Positions 62,376 to 64,000 of a stretch of 64,000 bases of DNA are shown here, piece by piece (the stretch's first letter is position 1; each line of letters begins with the position of its first letter). This DNA comes from Felis catus (taxonomy: Eukaryota). The position numbers were made by a program, and so were the translations under genes. Below the pieces are notes generated by a model that saw nothing but the letters and a program-made list of their open reading frames with translations, did no database searches and had not been told where the DNA came from. The stretch spans positions 99,698,001 through 99,762,000 of the forward strand of contig NC_058373.1 of assembly GCF_018350175.1 (NCBI RefSeq), written 5' to 3'.

Positions 62376-64000
62376 AAACTTTATAAGAAAAACATCATTC
62401 TTACTTGATATTATTGTATTTCTAGAAAATATGAAAGAATCATCTGGTAAACCAATAAATGAATAAGGGTTTATAAATGTAGCTTAGTAAAAATAAGTAA
62501 AAATCAATAACATTTTAATAATACCAGCAGCAACCTGTGTAAAAACAGACAAACCCCCAAAAAAGGTCCTGTTTGCAATGGCAACTAAAACACACATAAT
62601 GCCTGGGAATAACTTTAACAAGGTATGTGGTGATGCCTGTAGAAGAAAATACAAATTATATTAAAAATATAAAGTAAGACTTGGAAAAGTAACCAGATAT
62701 TTATTCCTGGTCAGGAAAACTGGATATGAAAATAACTGTGTCTGAATTAATTTGTGGGTTTAATGTAACCCCAATCAAAATCTCTACTGCTTTGAGTTCC
62801 TTCTTTAAAAGAAAATATTTTTTGCCTACATTGATAAAACGATCCTAAAGTTTACTTGGAAAATAAAAAGGGAAGAAAATTCTGGGGAAAAAAAAAGTTG
62901 TGGGAGGGTTAGTTGTGTTTTAATCATCTTACAAAGATATGGTAATCAAAACAATGTGATATTTGTACAAAGTATCAGCTAGATCAGCAAAACAGGTCCA
63001 AATATAGATCTTACTATATGAATGACAAAGAATGCATCATAAGGCAATGAGGAAGAGAAAGATTAGTCAATATATGATACGTAAATAACTGTTTAATAAT
63101 TTGAAACTAGACCCTAATTTATTTTTAAAGAAATCCAACATGTCCTGTCTTTAAACACTATCACTTTATCTTTTTTAAATTATTTATTTAAATTTTAGCT
63201 AATATACAGTGCAAGATCGGTTTCAGGAGTAGAATTCTTTTTGTCACTTTAAATGGCCATTATGTACTACCTAATTAAAGCCAAGATAAGTGTGGCTTTG
63301 TAAAGGATTTACCATTTACAGTATTCGATGCTACTTCTGTATATCCAAAAAGGAACTAAAATAAAAGTGCTGACAAGCCTGGGGAAAATACCGTAAAAGG
63401 ATAATATCTTTGTTATAAAATGAAGATCTATCTTGACATGAGGCAGAAGCTGTAGTAGAAAGTAACCTGTCCAAGGTCAGGTGGGCTTGGGTAAGCTATT
63501 TAGCTTTTCTGAGACTCGATTTCCTTCTTCCTTGCAGGGTGTGACAAGGGTTAAAAATATATGTAAAATGGCTAGCACAATATTTGCAGTATTACGGTTG
63601 CTCAACAAATGATAGCTACAGTTAGTGGAGGCAGTGATAGAGGTCAGAACAGTAAGAGCTCATGGAGTGAGAAAACATGAAGTCGTCAAAAGACAAATGC
63701 TTAAAGAATGTGAACAGAGAATTCTCAAAAGAGGAAATAAAACTCTTAAGCTTGGAAAAATGCTCAACCTCACCAAAAGTCAAAGCAATGCAAATCAAAA
63801 CAATGAGATAACATTTTTTGGTCTACTAAATTATGAAAACATTTCAATAACAGTAGTACCCAGGGCTGAGAGTGTTTCCTGGAACTGGTATTTTCATATA
63901 TTGCTGATAATATACAAATTGGCACAGTCCTCTTAGGAAGCGATGTGGAAATATGTACCGTCATTTCAAAAAAAGATCATATTGTTTGATTCCGTGATTT
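62376..64000 (+). mobile_element. Ancient L1 (L1ME-like) ORF2 3' remnants with a MIR insertion
   Basis: A-rich L1-like text (ctgggaataactttaacaag; taatgtaaccccaatcaaaatc; aatgctcaacctcacc…aatgcaaatcaaaacaatgagata). Confidence 0.55.

Overview
Mammalian genomic DNA from a felid. The evidence is the abundant tRNA-derived Can-SINEs of the young feline type and the feline-type LINE-1s. The only recognisable host gene is PTGDR (prostaglandin D2 receptor DP1) on the + strand: coding exon 1 at 32050-32886, a 12.35-kb intron, and coding exon 2 at 45240-45479, giving 358 aa, with a CpG-island promoter. The rest is mostly retroelement and DNA-transposon debris: two long decayed L1s that each carry a nested younger L1, about 30 SINEs, ERVL/MaLR LTRs, hAT and Tigger MITEs, and L2/MIR. 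I found no evidence of a new protein-coding or multi-gene system. The most interesting signals are structural: (1) a probable old ~2.6-kb inversion flanked by ~245-bp inverted duplications that contain a 62-nt perfectly matched core; (2) a local parent/daughter SINE pair sharing a 3' flank; (3) a nested antisense L1 with a 14-nt 3' transduction tag; (4) a perfect 146-bp tandem duplication with a templated junction; (5) a (CG)7 palindrome just upstream of the PTGDR start codon. Repeat subfamily names come from my recollection of consensus sequences, not from a search, and boundaries of old repeats are approximate.
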